DNA of 64,000 nucleotides from Elusimicrobia bacterium RIFOXYA2_FULL_47_53 (GCA_001800315.1 MGVE01000001.1:121749-185748), one strand, 5' to 3'; counted from the stretch's first letter, positions 10,354 through 20,847 are shown. Notes: generated by a model from the letters alone, not told the origin. A program made the numbers and translations.

Positions 10354-11610
10354 TCAATAAGAAATGCGTCGTACCCTGGCGCCAAGTTTTCTGAGTTTTT
10401 GTTCAAGTTTTTCGTAGCCGCGGTCTAAGTGGTAAACCCTCAAAACCTCGGTTTTTCCCCCGGCTGCCAGGCCAGCTATTATAAGCGCGGCGCCGGCCCG
10501 AAGGTCTGATACCATTATGGGGGCTCCGGAGAGCCGTTTGACGCCGTTAATAATAACTCTGCTGCCCCTGATCCTTAAGTCAGCGCCCAGCCTTTGAAGT
10601 TCTCCGACATGCAGGAACCTGTTCTCAAAGACAGTTTCCTCTATGTAAGAGCTGCCGGGAACCAGAGCCATAAGCGCCATCCACTGAGCCTGAACATCCG
10701 TAGGAAAGTCAGGGTAAACGGCGGTGCGGATATTCTGAGGCTTCAGGTTTTTTGTCCATTTAGCAGATATATAGTCCGGGCCCTCCGTGATCTTCAAGCC
10801 CGCTGAAACCAGCTTCCTGACAATGGCCTTAATAAACGAAGAGTTGGTGTGGAGCAGTTTTACGCTTCCCTTTGTCACCGCGGCCGCGATAAGATAGGTA
10901 GCCGTTTCTATTCTGTCGGGTATTACTTCATGCTTGAACCCGCCAAGTTTATCTACGCCGTGTATGTGAATAGTGGACTGGCCCGCTCCGGTAATTTTTG
11001 CCCCCATCTTATTGAGGACATCCGCGAGGTCAATGATTTCAGGTTCTCTGGCGGCATTTTCAATTATTGTAGGGCCTTTTGCCAGGACACTGGCCAGCAG
11101 TAAATTTTCCGTGGCCCCCACGCTCGGGTAGCGGAAAACAATTCTTGCTCCGGAGAGTTCCTTTGCTTTTACCTCCACATAGCCGCCGCTGAGCTCAATT
11201 TCGGCGCCCATTTTTGAAAAACCGTCCAGATGAATATCAATGGGCCTGGCTCCTATGGCGCAGCCGCCCGGCAGAGAGACTTTTACATGGCCGAGCCTGG
11301 CCAGAAGAGGCCCCATTACCAGCACGCTGGCCCTCATTTTCCGCACAAGATCGTATGGGGCTGTATCGCTGAGCCGCTGCTTGTCCGGGCTTATGATTAC
11401 CTTGTTAGGGCGCCTCTCAACTTTCTTTCCGATAAATTCAAGCAGAGCAACCGTCGTGCCTATATCGGCAAGGTCGGGCACATTGTCGGCCTCACAAACC
11501 TCGTCGGTAAGCAGGCTCGCGGCCAGTATGGGCAGGGCGGCGTTTTTGGAGCCGGAAATCCTTATGGTTCCGTTTAGTTTCCTGCCGCCGTGAATAATTA
11601 TTTTGTCCAT
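10354..11610 (-). CDS. murA: UDP-N-acetylglucosamine 1-carboxyvinyltransferase
   Basis: SGSKNAALP, LPGGCAIGARP (active Cys), PDRIE, FENRF, DLRAGA. Confidence 0.98.
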   Translation of the reverse strand: MDKIIIHGGRKLNGTIRISGSKNAALPILAASLLTDEVCEADNVPDLADIGTTVALLEFIGKKVERRPNKVIISPDKQRLSDTAPYDLVRKMRASVLVMGPLLARLGHVKVSLPGGCAIGARPIDIHLDGFSKMGAEIELSGGYVEVKAKELSGARIVFRYPSVGATENLLLASVLAKGPTIIENAAREPEIIDLADVLNKMGAKITGAGQSTIHIHGVDKLGGFKHEVIPDRIETATYLIAAAVTKGSVKLLHTNSSFIKAIVRKLVSAGLKITEGPDYISAKWTKNLKPQNIRTAVYPDFPTDVQAQWMALMALVPGSSYIEETVFENRFLHVGELQRLGADLRIRGSRVIINGVKRLSGAPIMVSDLRAGAALIIAGLAAGGKTEVLRVYHLDRGYEKLEQKLRKLGARVRRISY

Positions 11611-12500
11611 TATTTTCCTCTTATTGTCGCGCTTAATACTCTTTCAAGCCCGGAGTAATCTTTTGTTATGTTGTCCACGCGGAAACCGCTTTTTTTAAAC
11701 AGTGAAGCGATCTCGCCGGGCCTGGTGGAGCTCAGCTCTACAAAAACCGCGCCGCCCTTTATTAAATATTCACCCGCGCCGGAAACGAGCTTTTTGTAGA
11801 AATCCAGCCCGTCCTCCCCTCCGTAGAGAGCGCCCGCCGGCTCAAAGGAAAGCTCCGGCTCAAGCTCTTTCATTTCCGGGGCTGACACATAAGGCGGGTT
11901 GGAAACGATAACATCTACTTTGCCCTCAAGCCCTTCGTTTATGAAGGCGCCAAGCATGTCCCCGCGCTTAAGAAAAATCCGGCCGGAGAGAGAATTTCTG
12001 TCAATGTTCTGCTGGGCAACCTTCAGGGCTTCAATGGAAATGTCTGAGGCGTACACCGAGCAGCCCTTCACGAAACTTGCAATTCCGACAGCGATATTTC
12101 CGGAACCGGTGCAGACATCCAATACCAGGGAAGACTTGTTTTTCTTTATATAGTCACAGGCTTCCTCTACAAGCAGTTCGGTTTCAGGCCTCGGAATAAG
12201 CGTGTCGGGTGTAACTTTAAAATCAAGCCCCATAAATTCCGATTGCCCCAGGATATAGGCTATCGGGAGCCGTGACTGCCTTTTGCCGATCAATTCTTTG
12301 TATTGAGCAAGCTGTTTTTCGTTTAACAGTTCGTCACGCTTAAGTATCAGGTCAAGCCTTTTTAAGCGAAGCGCGTGCGCCAGAAGTATCTCGGCGTCAG
12401 CTCTGGGGTTTGAAATTCCGTGTTTTCCGAAATAGCCGGCTGTCCACTCAAGAGTATCGGCTATGGTCCATTTTTTCGCGGGAGCGCCTTTTGCTTTCAT
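11610..12500 (-). CDS. prmC: Release factor glutamine methyltransferase
   Basis: LIPRPETE, D.CTGSG, SNPPY, GG.DGL; directly downstream of prfA. Confidence 0.96.
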   Translation of the reverse strand: MKAKGAPAKKWTIADTLEWTAGYFGKHGISNPRADAEILLAHALRLKRLDLILKRDELLNEKQLAQYKELIGKRQSRLPIAYILGQSEFMGLDFKVTPDTLIPRPETELLVEEACDYIKKNKSSLVLDVCTGSGNIAVGIASFVKGCSVYASDISIEALKVAQQNIDRNSLSGRIFLKRGDMLGAFINEGLEGKVDVIVSNPPYVSAPEMKELEPELSFEPAGALYGGEDGLDFYKKLVSGAGEYLIKGGAVFVELSSTRPGEIASLFKKSGFRVDNITKDYSGLERVLSATIRGK

Positions 12501-13570
12501 TATTCTTTTATGTCCGTCAGCTGAGCTGCCTGGTCTGCCGCTATAAGCGCGTTTATCATCTCGTCAAGATCACCCTCAAGCACCTCTTTGAGCCTGTGAG
12601 TCGTGTAATTGATCCTGTGGTCGGTAATGCGGTTTTGAGGAAAATTATAGGTCCTGATTTTTTCGGATCTGTCGCCGGAACCTATCTGGTTGCGGCGTTC
12701 GCTTATGATGGCGTCTTCCTGAGCCTTTTGCCTTGATTCGTAAAGTTTTGCCAGCATAAGCTTCATGGCTTTAGCCCTGTTTTTCATCTGGCTTCGCTCG
12801 TCCTGGCAGGCGACTACAAGCCCTGTCGGAATATGGGTAATTCTAATGGCAGACTCTGTTTTATTTACATGCTGGCCGCCGGCTCCCGAAGCTCTGTAAG
12901 TGTCTATCCTTATCTCGTCGGGTTTTATGCCTACTTCAACCTCTTCGGCTTCCGGTAAAACCGCCACGCTGATGGCGGATGTATGTATGCGGCCCGAAGC
13001 CTCCGTTTCAGGGACTCTCTGGACTCTGTGGACACCGCGTTCATACTTTAAAAATTTCCAGACTTTTTCCCCCGAAAGCCCGAAAACCACTTCCTTAAAA
13101 CCGCCAAGACCGGTCGGATTTGAATCCATTATGTCAACTTTCCAGCGCCTGGTGTCGGCGTAGCGGCAGTACATCCGAAACAGGTCGCCGGCAAAAAGCG
13201 CGGCCTCTTCACCGCCGGTGCCGGCCCTTATTTCAATTATGATATTTTTCTCTTCGTTGGGGTCTTTTGGCAGGAGCAGGACTTTAAGCTCGTCTGTCAT
13301 CAGAGCCTTCTTTCTGGAAAGCTCCTCCAGTTCGCTCTGTGCCATAAGCTTCATTTCCAGGTCACTGGATTCTTTAAGCGATTCCAGGCCTTTTATCTCG
13401 TCAAGCAGGCGTTTGTAGTCGCGGTATTTGTGAATCAGGGGTTGTAAGGCGGAATGTTCCTTAGACAGGTTTTTGTAATCGTCAACCCGGGAAGTTATCC
13501 CGTGGTCGCTTAATTGCTTTTCAACTTCAAGAAAGCGTTTTTCAATATTTTCTAATTTGTTTTCAATCAT
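12500..13570 (-). CDS. prfA: Peptide chain release factor 1
   Basis: GGQ motif, PxT (VPET) anticodon-mimic, EIRAGTGG, RTYNFPQ. Confidence 0.98.
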   Translation of the reverse strand: MIENKLENIEKRFLEVEKQLSDHGITSRVDDYKNLSKEHSALQPLIHKYRDYKRLLDEIKGLESLKESSDLEMKLMAQSELEELSRKKALMTDELKVLLLPKDPNEEKNIIIEIRAGTGGEEAALFAGDLFRMYCRYADTRRWKVDIMDSNPTGLGGFKEVVFGLSGEKVWKFLKYERGVHRVQRVPETEASGRIHTSAISVAVLPEAEEVEVGIKPDEIRIDTYRASGAGGQHVNKTESAIRITHIPTGLVVACQDERSQMKNRAKAMKLMLAKLYESRQKAQEDAIISERRNQIGSGDRSEKIRTYNFPQNRITDHRINYTTHRLKEVLEGDLDEMINALIAADQAAQLTDIKE

Positions 13571-13741
13571 AAACCGTTCTTTATTTAAAATTATGCGTGT
13601 CCAAACAGGGCAACATGAATTTTGAGGTTTAAAATCATAAACTCAGCTTGTCGTACCGGAAATGGATGAAAGGCAGAAAAATTCGGGCATAAGACCAAAG
13701 AGATAATTGAGTCATCAATGATTCTTACACTTTACTGCCAT

Positions 13742-13784
13742 AAAAAAATGACAGAGATACCCGAAAGGATGATCTCTGTCATTT
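13742..13784 (-). terminator. Intrinsic terminator after rpmE
   Basis: 13-bp perfect stem AAATGACAGAGAT/ATCTCTGTCATTT ending in a T-run on the minus strand. Confidence 0.85.
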
Positions 13785-13794
13785 ATATTTTAAG

Positions 13795-14151
13795 CTATTT
13801 GCTTTCTTTTTTTGGTTCAGCCTTTTTGGGCGCTGCCGCTTTGGGCGCCGCGGCCGACTTCTTTCTGCGAGGCGCGGTTGAAAGTATCTTTGATTTCGGT
13901 TTCTTTGCAACAACCGGTTTCGCCTTTTTTACGGCTTTCACTGTTTTGCCCTCGGTTTTCGCGAAGCGTTTGTGGAAGCGTTCCACGGTTCCGGCGCTGT
14001 CAACAAGTTTCTGTTTTCCGGTGAAGAAAGGATGGCAATGCGAGCAGATTTCAAGCCTTATTACCGGTTTTGTTGAACGGGTCTTGAAAGTATAACCACA
14101 GGCGCAGGTTACCGTTGATTCTACATAGTTTGGGTGAATTCCTTCTCTCAT
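13795..14151 (-). CDS. rpmE: 50S ribosomal protein L31 (Zn-binding C+ type) with Lys/Ala/Pro-rich tail
   Basis: [24 protein letters not shown]; AGGAG SD. Confidence 0.97.
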   Translation of the reverse strand: MREGIHPNYVESTVTCACGYTFKTRSTKPVIRLEICSHCHPFFTGKQKLVDSAGTVERFHKRFAKTEGKTVKAVKKAKPVVAKKPKSKILSTAPRRKKSAAAPKAAAPKKAEPKKESK

Positions 14152-14203
14152 TTGAGTCTCCTGTAAACGCCAAAACGGCGTGTTTAATTTTTATTGAAGC
14201 AGA

Positions 14204-14232
14204 ATTATCGCAAAAATACACTAATTTGTCAA
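14204..14232 (-). promoter_or_regulatory. sigma70-type promoter for rpmE
   Basis: TTGACA-17 nt-GATAAT with extended -10 TG. Confidence 0.75.
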
Positions 14233-14262
14233 ATTTCTGGCAATAAGGCCGGAAACAAACTC

Positions 14263-15543
14263 TTATCTTTCAGCCATCTCCATGGACTTAAGGAAATCTT
14301 TGTTTGATTTCGTCGCGGAGAGTTTTTCCACCAGAAGTTCCATGGCTTCAACCGGGGTCATGGTGCTTATAACTTTCCTGATAACCCAGACTTTGTTGAG
14401 TTCGTCTTCCGTAAGAAGCAGTTCTTCCTTCCTGGTTCCGGAACGGGTAATATCAATGGCAGGGAATATTCTGCGGTCCGCGAGTTTTCTGTCAAGGTAA
14501 ACCTCGCAGTTGCCGGTGCCTTTAAATTCTTCAAATATGACATCGTCCATTCTGCTGCCGGTCTCCACGAGAGCGGTTGCTATAATGGTGAGACTGCCGC
14601 CTTCCTCAATGTTTCTGGCGGCTCCGAAGAATCTTTTTGGGCGCTGCAGCGCGTTTGAATCAAGCCCTCCGGAAAGCACTCTTCCGCTGGACGGCGTTAC
14701 GGTATTATAGGCTCTCGCCAGCCTTGTTATGGAGTCAAGCAGTATTACCACATCCTTGCCGTGCTCTACATGGCGCTTGGCTTTTTCTATAACCATCTCG
14801 GCTACCTGAATATGCCTTTCAGCGGGTTCGTCAAAGGTGGAAGAAATTACCTCGCCCTTCACGGAACGCTGCATATCCGTCACTTCTTCGGGGCGTTCGT
14901 CAATAAGCAGAACCATAAGCACGACCTCGGGATGGTTCGTGGTCACGGCGTTGGCGATTTTCTGCATTATGACTGTTTTACCCGTTCTCGGCGCAGCGTT
15001 GACAAGCATTCTCTGGCCTTTGCCAAGAGGCGTCACCAGATCCAATATCCTTGTTGAAAGCTCGTCTTTTTTTGTTTCAAGCGTGATCTTTTTATTTGGG
15101 TAAAGGGGTGTCAGGTTGTCAAAGAGCGCTCTTTCGCGGATGTTTTCAAGGTCCTGCCCGTTGACGGATTTGACCTGAAGCAGGGCAAAGAAGCGCTCCT
15201 GCTCTTTAGGAGGCCTGACATAGCCGGCGACCGTGTCGCCTTTTCTTAAAGCGAATTTTTTAATCTGCGACGGAGATATATAGATGTCGTCGGGGCCCGG
15301 AAGATAATTGTAGTTGGGAGAACGCAGGAAACCGAAGCCGTCCGGAAGGATTTCCAGCACACCCTCATCGTATACAAGGTTGTTTTCTTTAGTCTGCGCC
15401 TCAAGGATCTTGGCTATCAGTTCCTGCTTGCGCAGACCGGAAACCGTTTCAAGTTTCAGGTCCTTCGCGATTTTGGTCAGCTCTGTAATAGTGCGGTTTG
15501 ACAAAGCTGTAACATCCATTGAACGATCCATCAATTCCTCCAC
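14263..15543 (-). CDS. rho: Transcription termination factor Rho
   Basis: [52 protein letters not shown]. Confidence 0.98.
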   Translation of the reverse strand: MEELMDRSMDVTALSNRTITELTKIAKDLKLETVSGLRKQELIAKILEAQTKENNLVYDEGVLEILPDGFGFLRSPNYNYLPGPDDIYISPSQIKKFALRKGDTVAGYVRPPKEQERFFALLQVKSVNGQDLENIRERALFDNLTPLYPNKKITLETKKDELSTRILDLVTPLGKGQRMLVNAAPRTGKTVIMQKIANAVTTNHPEVVLMVLLIDERPEEVTDMQRSVKGEVISSTFDEPAERHIQVAEMVIEKAKRHVEHGKDVVILLDSITRLARAYNTVTPSSGRVLSGGLDSNALQRPKRFFGAARNIEEGGSLTIIATALVETGSRMDDVIFEEFKGTGNCEVYLDRKLADRRIFPAIDITRSGTRKEELLLTEDELNKVWVIRKVISTMTPVEAMELLVEKLSATKSNKDFLKSMEMAER

Positions 15544-15659
15544 AGTGTTATGTATTGTTTGAAATTCATAGGTGTGTTAAGGGGGTTACGCAATTTGGTT
15601 TGAGTGATTAATACGCTTGTGATTTTGAATAATTTGTTTTCAGGTAAGACCCTTTAGAA

Positions 15660-16310
15660 TTACTTGAGGTGCCTGCTTTTGGCTTGTTGACCGTGATTAT
15701 ACTTAAGTTTCATTTCGTTTGTCAAGCCCCGGTAAAGTTTTTTGACATCTTTTTTAAGTTCTTCCAGAGTTCCCGAATTCTCAACAATATAATCCGCTCT
15801 GGACAGCTTTGCGCGCAGAGGCAGCTGGGCGTTGATCCTTTTTTTTATTTCATTCGGGCGCAGTTTGTCCCTTCCGGCCGCCCTTTTCTCCTGTTGCTGC
15901 CGGGAAGAATTAACGACGACAATCTTATCAAAAAGGCTCTCGGCCCCGGCCTCAAACAGCAGAGGCGCCTCAACAACCACAAGCCCCCCTCTCTTTTGCT
16001 TTTTAATTATATTTTTTATCTCTGTAATTATAGCGGGGTGCGTTATCTTTTCAAGCAGGATTTTTTTTGCGGGATCGGCAAAGACAATTCCTGCCAGCAG
16101 TTTTCTGTTGATTTTCAGCTTTGAGTCCAGAATCTTTGAGCCGAACTCATTGACTATTTTAAGGTAAGCCGGCCTGCCGGGCCTTACTATTTCCCTGGCG
16201 ATGAGGTCGGAGTCTACCACTGCCGCTCCCAGTTTTTTAAGCGCTGCGCAGGCTGTTGATTTGCCGCTTGCCAGCCCTCCCGTGAGCCCTACAATAAACG
16301 GATCGTTCAT
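15660..16310 (-). CDS. coaE: Dephospho-CoA kinase
   Basis: GLTGGLASGKST P-loop, I.HP, PLLFE; follows polA. Confidence 0.95.
   Translation of the reverse strand: MNDPFIVGLTGGLASGKSTACAALKKLGAAVVDSDLIAREIVRPGRPAYLKIVNEFGSKILDSKLKINRKLLAGIVFADPAKKILLEKITHPAIITEIKNIIKKQKRGGLVVVEAPLLFEAGAESLFDKIVVVNSSRQQQEKRAAGRDKLRPNEIKKRINAQLPLRAKLSRADYIVENSGTLEELKKDVKKLYRGLTNEMKLKYNHGQQAKSRHLK
15696..15725 (-). promoter_or_regulatory. sigma70 promoter for rho embedded in coaE 3' end
   Basis: Perfect TTGACA and TATAAT hexamers, 18-nt spacer, about 150 nt upstream of rho. Confidence 0.7.
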
Positions 16311-19024
16311 CTAACCGCCTCCAGATCAGCCCAATTGGTTCCTGTCTTAACTTCAACGGTCAAAGGAACGCTTAATTTCACGGCGTTTTCCATTTTTTCT
16401 TTTACCAGCTTAACCGCTCCCGCGGCATTGTCCCGCTCGGACACAAAAAGCAGGTCATCGTGAACCTGCATGAGCATTTTAGCCTTTAAGGTTCCGTTCC
16501 TGTAGCATTTAAACAGGTCTATCATGGCTATTTTAATAATGTCTGCCGAAGTTCCCTGTATCTGAGTGTTTATCGCGATCCGCTCGGCGAACTTCTTTGC
16601 CTGTTTATTTCCTGAGTTGATATCCGGTATATGCCTTATCCTTCCCGCCAGCGTCTTTACATGTCCGTTTTTTGAGGCCTCAATGAGAGACCGGCCTATC
16701 CACTCGCGCACGCCGCTGTATCTTTTGAAATAGTTGTCTATAAACTCCTGCGCCTGCTGGTTGGATATGCCGAGCTGCTGGGAGAGCCCGAAGGCCGAGA
16801 GGCCGTAGATTACCCCGAAATTAATTGTTTTGGCCACCCTTCTGTCGTTCTCGTCAATTTGGGACGCGCTCTTTCCGAATATCTCCGCGGCCGTGGCGGT
16901 GTGAATGTCCTCGCCGTTTATAAATGCGCTGATAAGCGATTGATCCTGCGAAATGTGCGCAAGAACCCTCAGGTCAATCTGGGAATAATCCGCCGAAACA
17001 AACAGGTTCCCCGGCCCGCTTATAAAAGCCCTTCTTATCTGGCGGCCGTAGCCGCTCCGTATAGGAATATTCTGCAAGTTTGGGTCGCTGGAAGAAAGCC
17101 GGCCTGTCGCGGTGCCGGTCTGATTTAGTGAAGTGTGAATCCTTCGGTTATTTTTATCGGTCAGCTCAATTATGCTGTCAATATAGGTGGATTTTAATTT
17201 TTGAAGTTCCCTGTATTCAAGCAGTGTTGCCGGAAGTTTATGCAAAGGGGCCAGGGCCGAGAGCGCCTCCTCGTCGGTAGAAAAACCGGTTTTTGTTTTC
17301 CTCTGGACGGGAAGTTTTAATCTGGTGAATAGAATCTCAGCAAGCTGTTTAGTGGAGTTAGGGTTAAATTCCCCGCCGGCAGATTCAAATATTTTAGATT
17401 TGAGGCTTTCAATAGCCGCGTCAAAATCCAAGGCAAGTTTATTTAAGTACTCCAGGTCCACCTCAATGCCTTCATTTTCCATAAAGGCAAGAATTTTTAC
17501 CAGCGGCATCTCAATATCGTTGAAGAGGCCGTTTAAACCCGCCTCTTTAAGCTTCGGAGCGAAATACTCGGCTAATTTGACGACAGCCGCGGCATCGGCG
17601 CACGCGTATGGGGCGGCTTTATCTATCGCGACAGAACTCATGGTGGTTTGCTGTTTGCCGCTGCCGATAAGCTCTGATATTTCAGTCATCTTTTCGGATA
17701 AGAAGTCCGACGACAGTTTCTTAAGGCCGAAAGACGCTCTTGAAGGATCCAGGCAGTAAGCGGCCAGCATTGTGTCAAAGCTGAGATTTGCCGGTTCAAT
17801 ACCGTGGCGCTTCAAAATCAAATAGTCAAACTTGATGTTTTGCCCGTAAATCCTGACCTTGTCGTCCTCCAGCACTTCCTTAAGCTTCTCCAGGGTATCT
17901 CTCAGGTCCAGCTGTTTATCAACACCCAGATAGAAGTGTCCCAGAGGTATATAAAAGGCGCGGCCCTTCTCATACGAGAGAGAAATTCCCACAATGTCGG
18001 CAGCGTAAGTGTTTAAGGAAGTTGTTTCCAGGTCTATGGCCGCGAACCCCGCTTTTCTTATGCCGGTTATCAGCGATTTAAGCGACGAAGTGCTATTTAC
18101 GATTTCAAAGTCAAAAGCGGGCGGCTTTAATTGCCGTTCTTCAGGAGTAAAATCCGCCGAAACGGCCGCGGCTGCTGAGCCGGCGCCTAACTCCGGTATA
18201 AGGCTTTTAAAACCCATGGAGCTGAAAAAATCCAGGGCTGACGCGGAGTCCGGGCTTTGTGTCTTAAGCTCGGAAAGCCGGATATCAAGAGGCACATCGT
18301 CGCGTAGTGTGACCAGGCTCTTGCTTAAAATAATATTGTCTTTTGAAGAGAGAATATTGTCCTTTAATTTTCCTTCAAGCTTTTGCGTGTTGTTTAGAAG
18401 ATTGTCAATGGAAGAGAATTGCTGAATCAGCTTTACGGCGGTTTTCTCGCCGATGCCTTTGGCCCCCGGCACATTGTCGGAGGAGTCGCCCATTAAGGCG
18501 AACATATCGTTGAGCTGGGCGGGTTTAAGCGAATACTTCTCTATTACCACGGCTTCATCAAACATTATGTTTTTATGCTCATTCCAGACTTTAATGTTTC
18601 CGCCGACCAGCTGCAGCGCGTCTTTGTCGCCGGTTACTATAACCACATCCAGGCCTTCCGCGGATGATCTTTTCGCCAGAGTGGCTATTACATCATCGGC
18701 TTCAAAGCCTTCTTTTTCTATTACGGGGATGTTTATGGCCTTCATGGCCTCTCGCGCGAGGGGCATTTGAAACTTAAGATCGGGTTCGGTTTCTTTGCGG
18801 TGCGATTTGTAGTCAAGATATTGCTTGTGCCTGAAGGTGGGAGCCGGAAAGTCAAAGCAAACGACGGTGTAGTCAGGTTTATGAGCCTTCATCAGCTTAA
18901 AAATAAATTTCAAAAATCCAAAAACTGCCCCTATCGGCTCACCTCTGGAATTTGTCAGAGGAGGCAGCGCGTGATAAGCTCTGTGAAGGTAGGCATTGCC
19001 GTCAATAATGTAAATTTTAGGCAT
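16307..19024 (-). CDS. polA: DNA polymerase I
   Basis: 5'-3' exonuclease (EADDVI, GDKD, GD.SDN.PG), 3'-5' exonuclease (DLETT, YACAD), polymerase (TGRLSS, DYSQI.LR, K..NFG..YG). Confidence 0.98.
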   Translation of the reverse strand: MPKIYIIDGNAYLHRAYHALPPLTNSRGEPIGAVFGFLKFIFKLMKAHKPDYTVVCFDFPAPTFRHKQYLDYKSHRKETEPDLKFQMPLAREAMKAINIPVIEKEGFEADDVIATLAKRSSAEGLDVVIVTGDKDALQLVGGNIKVWNEHKNIMFDEAVVIEKYSLKPAQLNDMFALMGDSSDNVPGAKGIGEKTAVKLIQQFSSIDNLLNNTQKLEGKLKDNILSSKDNIILSKSLVTLRDDVPLDIRLSELKTQSPDSASALDFFSSMGFKSLIPELGAGSAAAAVSADFTPEERQLKPPAFDFEIVNSTSSLKSLITGIRKAGFAAIDLETTSLNTYAADIVGISLSYEKGRAFYIPLGHFYLGVDKQLDLRDTLEKLKEVLEDDKVRIYGQNIKFDYLILKRHGIEPANLSFDTMLAAYCLDPSRASFGLKKLSSDFLSEKMTEISELIGSGKQQTTMSSVAIDKAAPYACADAAAVVKLAEYFAPKLKEAGLNGLFNDIEMPLVKILAFMENEGIEVDLEYLNKLALDFDAAIESLKSKIFESAGGEFNPNSTKQLAEILFTRLKLPVQRKTKTGFSTDEEALSALAPLHKLPATLLEYRELQKLKSTYIDSIIELTDKNNRRIHTSLNQTGTATGRLSSSDPNLQNIPIRSGYGRQIRRAFISGPGNLFVSADYSQIDLRVLAHISQDQSLISAFINGEDIHTATAAEIFGKSASQIDENDRRVAKTINFGVIYGLSAFGLSQQLGISNQQAQEFIDNYFKRYSGVREWIGRSLIEASKNGHVKTLAGRIRHIPDINSGNKQAKKFAERIAINTQIQGTSADIIKIAMIDLFKCYRNGTLKAKMLMQVHDDLLFVSERDNAAGAVKLVKEKMENAVKLSVPLTVEVKTGTNWADLEAVR

Positions 19025-19057
19025 ACAAGAAGGGTTATTAAAGATGGGTGTGATAGA

Positions 19058-20005
19058 CTATTTGTAAGATGTTCCGAGTATGTTCTCCACATACTCCTGA
19101 GCCGCGAAAGCCGCGGTAGCCCCGTCGCCGGCAGCCGTTACAACCTGTCTTAATAACTTGTTTCTTGAGTCTCCGCAGCAAAATATGCCTGGAACGCTGG
19201 TGCCCATGTCGTTGTCCGTAAAAATATACCCTTTGTCATCCATCTTCAGTAAACCGGAAAACGGCACGGTGTTTGGCGAATGGCCGACAAAAATAAAAAC
19301 GCCTCCGCAGGCTATTTCGCTTTCCACCCCGGAAACGACATTCTTTATAGATATTGCCTCTACTTTGTCTTTGCCGGATATTTTAACGGCTGTAGAATTC
19401 CATACAACCTGAATTTTGTTGTTTGAAAGCGCCCTGTCCGAAAGAATCTTGGTCGCTCTGAAACGGTCTCTGCGGTGCACGATAGTGACTTTTGAAGCAA
19501 AGCGGGTTAAATAGATTGCTTCCTGTACCGCGGAATCCCCTCCGCCCACGACAACCACCTCTTTCCCCCTGAAAAAAGGGCCGTCGCAGGTCGCGCAGTA
19601 GGATACGCCCCTGCCCCTTAAATCAAGTTCGCCGGGAATATCCAGCATTTTGTATTCCGCTCCGGAAGCGATTATGACGGAATAGGCGCTGTATTGGTTC
19701 TCGGCCGTTTTAAGGGTTTTGATCCGCGAGTCCGCGTCAACAGAAACACTCTTTACTTCCTCAAAAGCAATTTTTAACCCGAATTTCTTGGCCTGCTCCT
19801 CAAATTTTCCCGAAAGCTCAAAACCGGAAATGCCTTCCGGAAAGCCCGGATAATTTTCAATCCAGTCGGTTATGGCGTTCTGGCCGCCGCAGCCCATTTT
19901 CTCTATCAAAAGGACATTCATTCTGGCGCGCGCGGCATAAATACCGGCCGTGAGCCCCGAGGGGCCTCCGCCTATTATGATGATATCAAGAATATTTTCA
20001 GGCAT
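19058..20005 (-). CDS. trxB: Thioredoxin-disulfide reductase
   Basis: GGGPSG FAD site, CATC, GGGDSA NADPH site, HRRD. Confidence 0.96.
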   Translation of the reverse strand: MPENILDIIIIGGGPSGLTAGIYAARARMNVLLIEKMGCGGQNAITDWIENYPGFPEGISGFELSGKFEEQAKKFGLKIAFEEVKSVSVDADSRIKTLKTAENQYSAYSVIIASGAEYKMLDIPGELDLRGRGVSYCATCDGPFFRGKEVVVVGGGDSAVQEAIYLTRFASKVTIVHRRDRFRATKILSDRALSNNKIQVVWNSTAVKISGKDKVEAISIKNVVSGVESEIACGGVFIFVGHSPNTVPFSGLLKMDDKGYIFTDNDMGTSVPGIFCCGDSRNKLLRQVVTAAGDGATAAFAAQEYVENILGTSYK

Positions 20006-20006
20006 T

Positions 20007-20540
20007 TTATTTGGAGAGCTTTTTTGAGGGAGTTTTGGAGCCTTTCGGCGCCGCTTCTTTTAAGAGGGTTTCAATGGCCTCATCCCAATGGTTTACATAC
20101 TCAGGATCGTAACCCGCGTAATTAGAGTGCACTTCCCCGGCCTTGTTAATTATGAAAAATGAAGGTATACCTCTAACTTCGTAGTAGGCCGAAGCTTTTC
20201 TATCGTCAAACAAAACCGTGTATTTCATGGAATTCTTCTCAATAAACTTTCTTATCGCGGGGGTGTTCCCCTCAAGGTTTATGCCGTAAAATTCCACATC
20301 TTTCCCTTTGTATTTATCATAAAGCTTTTCAACCGCCGGTATGGAAGCTCTGCAGGGCGGGCACCAGGAAGCCCAGAAATCAATAAAAACTACCTTTCCG
20401 CGGGCTTCGGAAAGAGTAACTTTTTTTCCGTTTACATCAAGAAGAGTAAAATCCGGAGCTTTAATATTTTCGGCGAACGCAAACGAGGCAAGAGACGCCA
20501 TGGTAATCGCCGCGGCAATAACCGTTTTAAAGTAAAGCAT
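20007..20540 (-). CDS. TlpA/ResA-like exported thioredoxin
   Basis: Signal peptide, APDFTL, FWASWCPPC, GIP cis-Pro. Confidence 0.9.
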   Translation of the reverse strand: MLYFKTVIAAAITMASLASFAFAENIKAPDFTLLDVNGKKVTLSEARGKVVFIDFWASWCPPCRASIPAVEKLYDKYKGKDVEFYGINLEGNTPAIRKFIEKNSMKYTVLFDDRKASAYYEVRGIPSFFIINKAGEVHSNYAGYDPEYVNHWDEAIETLLKEAAPKGSKTPSKKLSK

Positions 20541-20847
20541 CTATAACCTTCTTTAGTTCAATTTTAGGTTTAAAACCGACTATCTTTTGCACCGGTTTCC
20601 CGTCTTTGAAAATCAAAAGAGAGGGAATGGAAGTTATCTGAAACTTGCTTGCCAGGTCTAAATTCTCGTCCGTGTTTAGTTTCGCGACTTTAAGCTTGCC
20701 CGCGTATTCGGAGGCAAGTTCGGCCACTACAGGGGCAATCATTTTGCACGGCCCGCACCAGGGAGCCCAAAAATCCACTAAAACCGGCAACGCGCTTTTG
20801 CTGACTTCCGCCTCAAAATTGCTCTGATTAAGCTCAATCTCTGCCAT
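20527..20847 (-). CDS. trxA: Thioredoxin
   Basis: DFWAPWCGPC; GGAGG SD. Confidence 0.97.
   Translation of the reverse strand: MAEIELNQSNFEAEVSKSALPVLVDFWAPWCGPCKMIAPVVAELASEYAGKLKVAKLNTDENLDLASKFQITSIPSLLIFKDGKPVQKIVGFKPKIELKKVIDALL

Noticed and set aside
13571-13741. Possible riboswitch or ncRNA upstream of prfA
   Set aside because: Only a weak AT-rich hairpin; no recognisable aptamer or ORF.
14164-14186. Small hairpin in the rpmE leader as an L31 autoregulatory element
   Set aside because: Short and bulged; cannot be supported without covariation data.
16454-16462. PolA motif C reads HDD instead of HDE
   Set aside because: The catalytic Asp is retained and the change is conservative; not evidence of inactivation.
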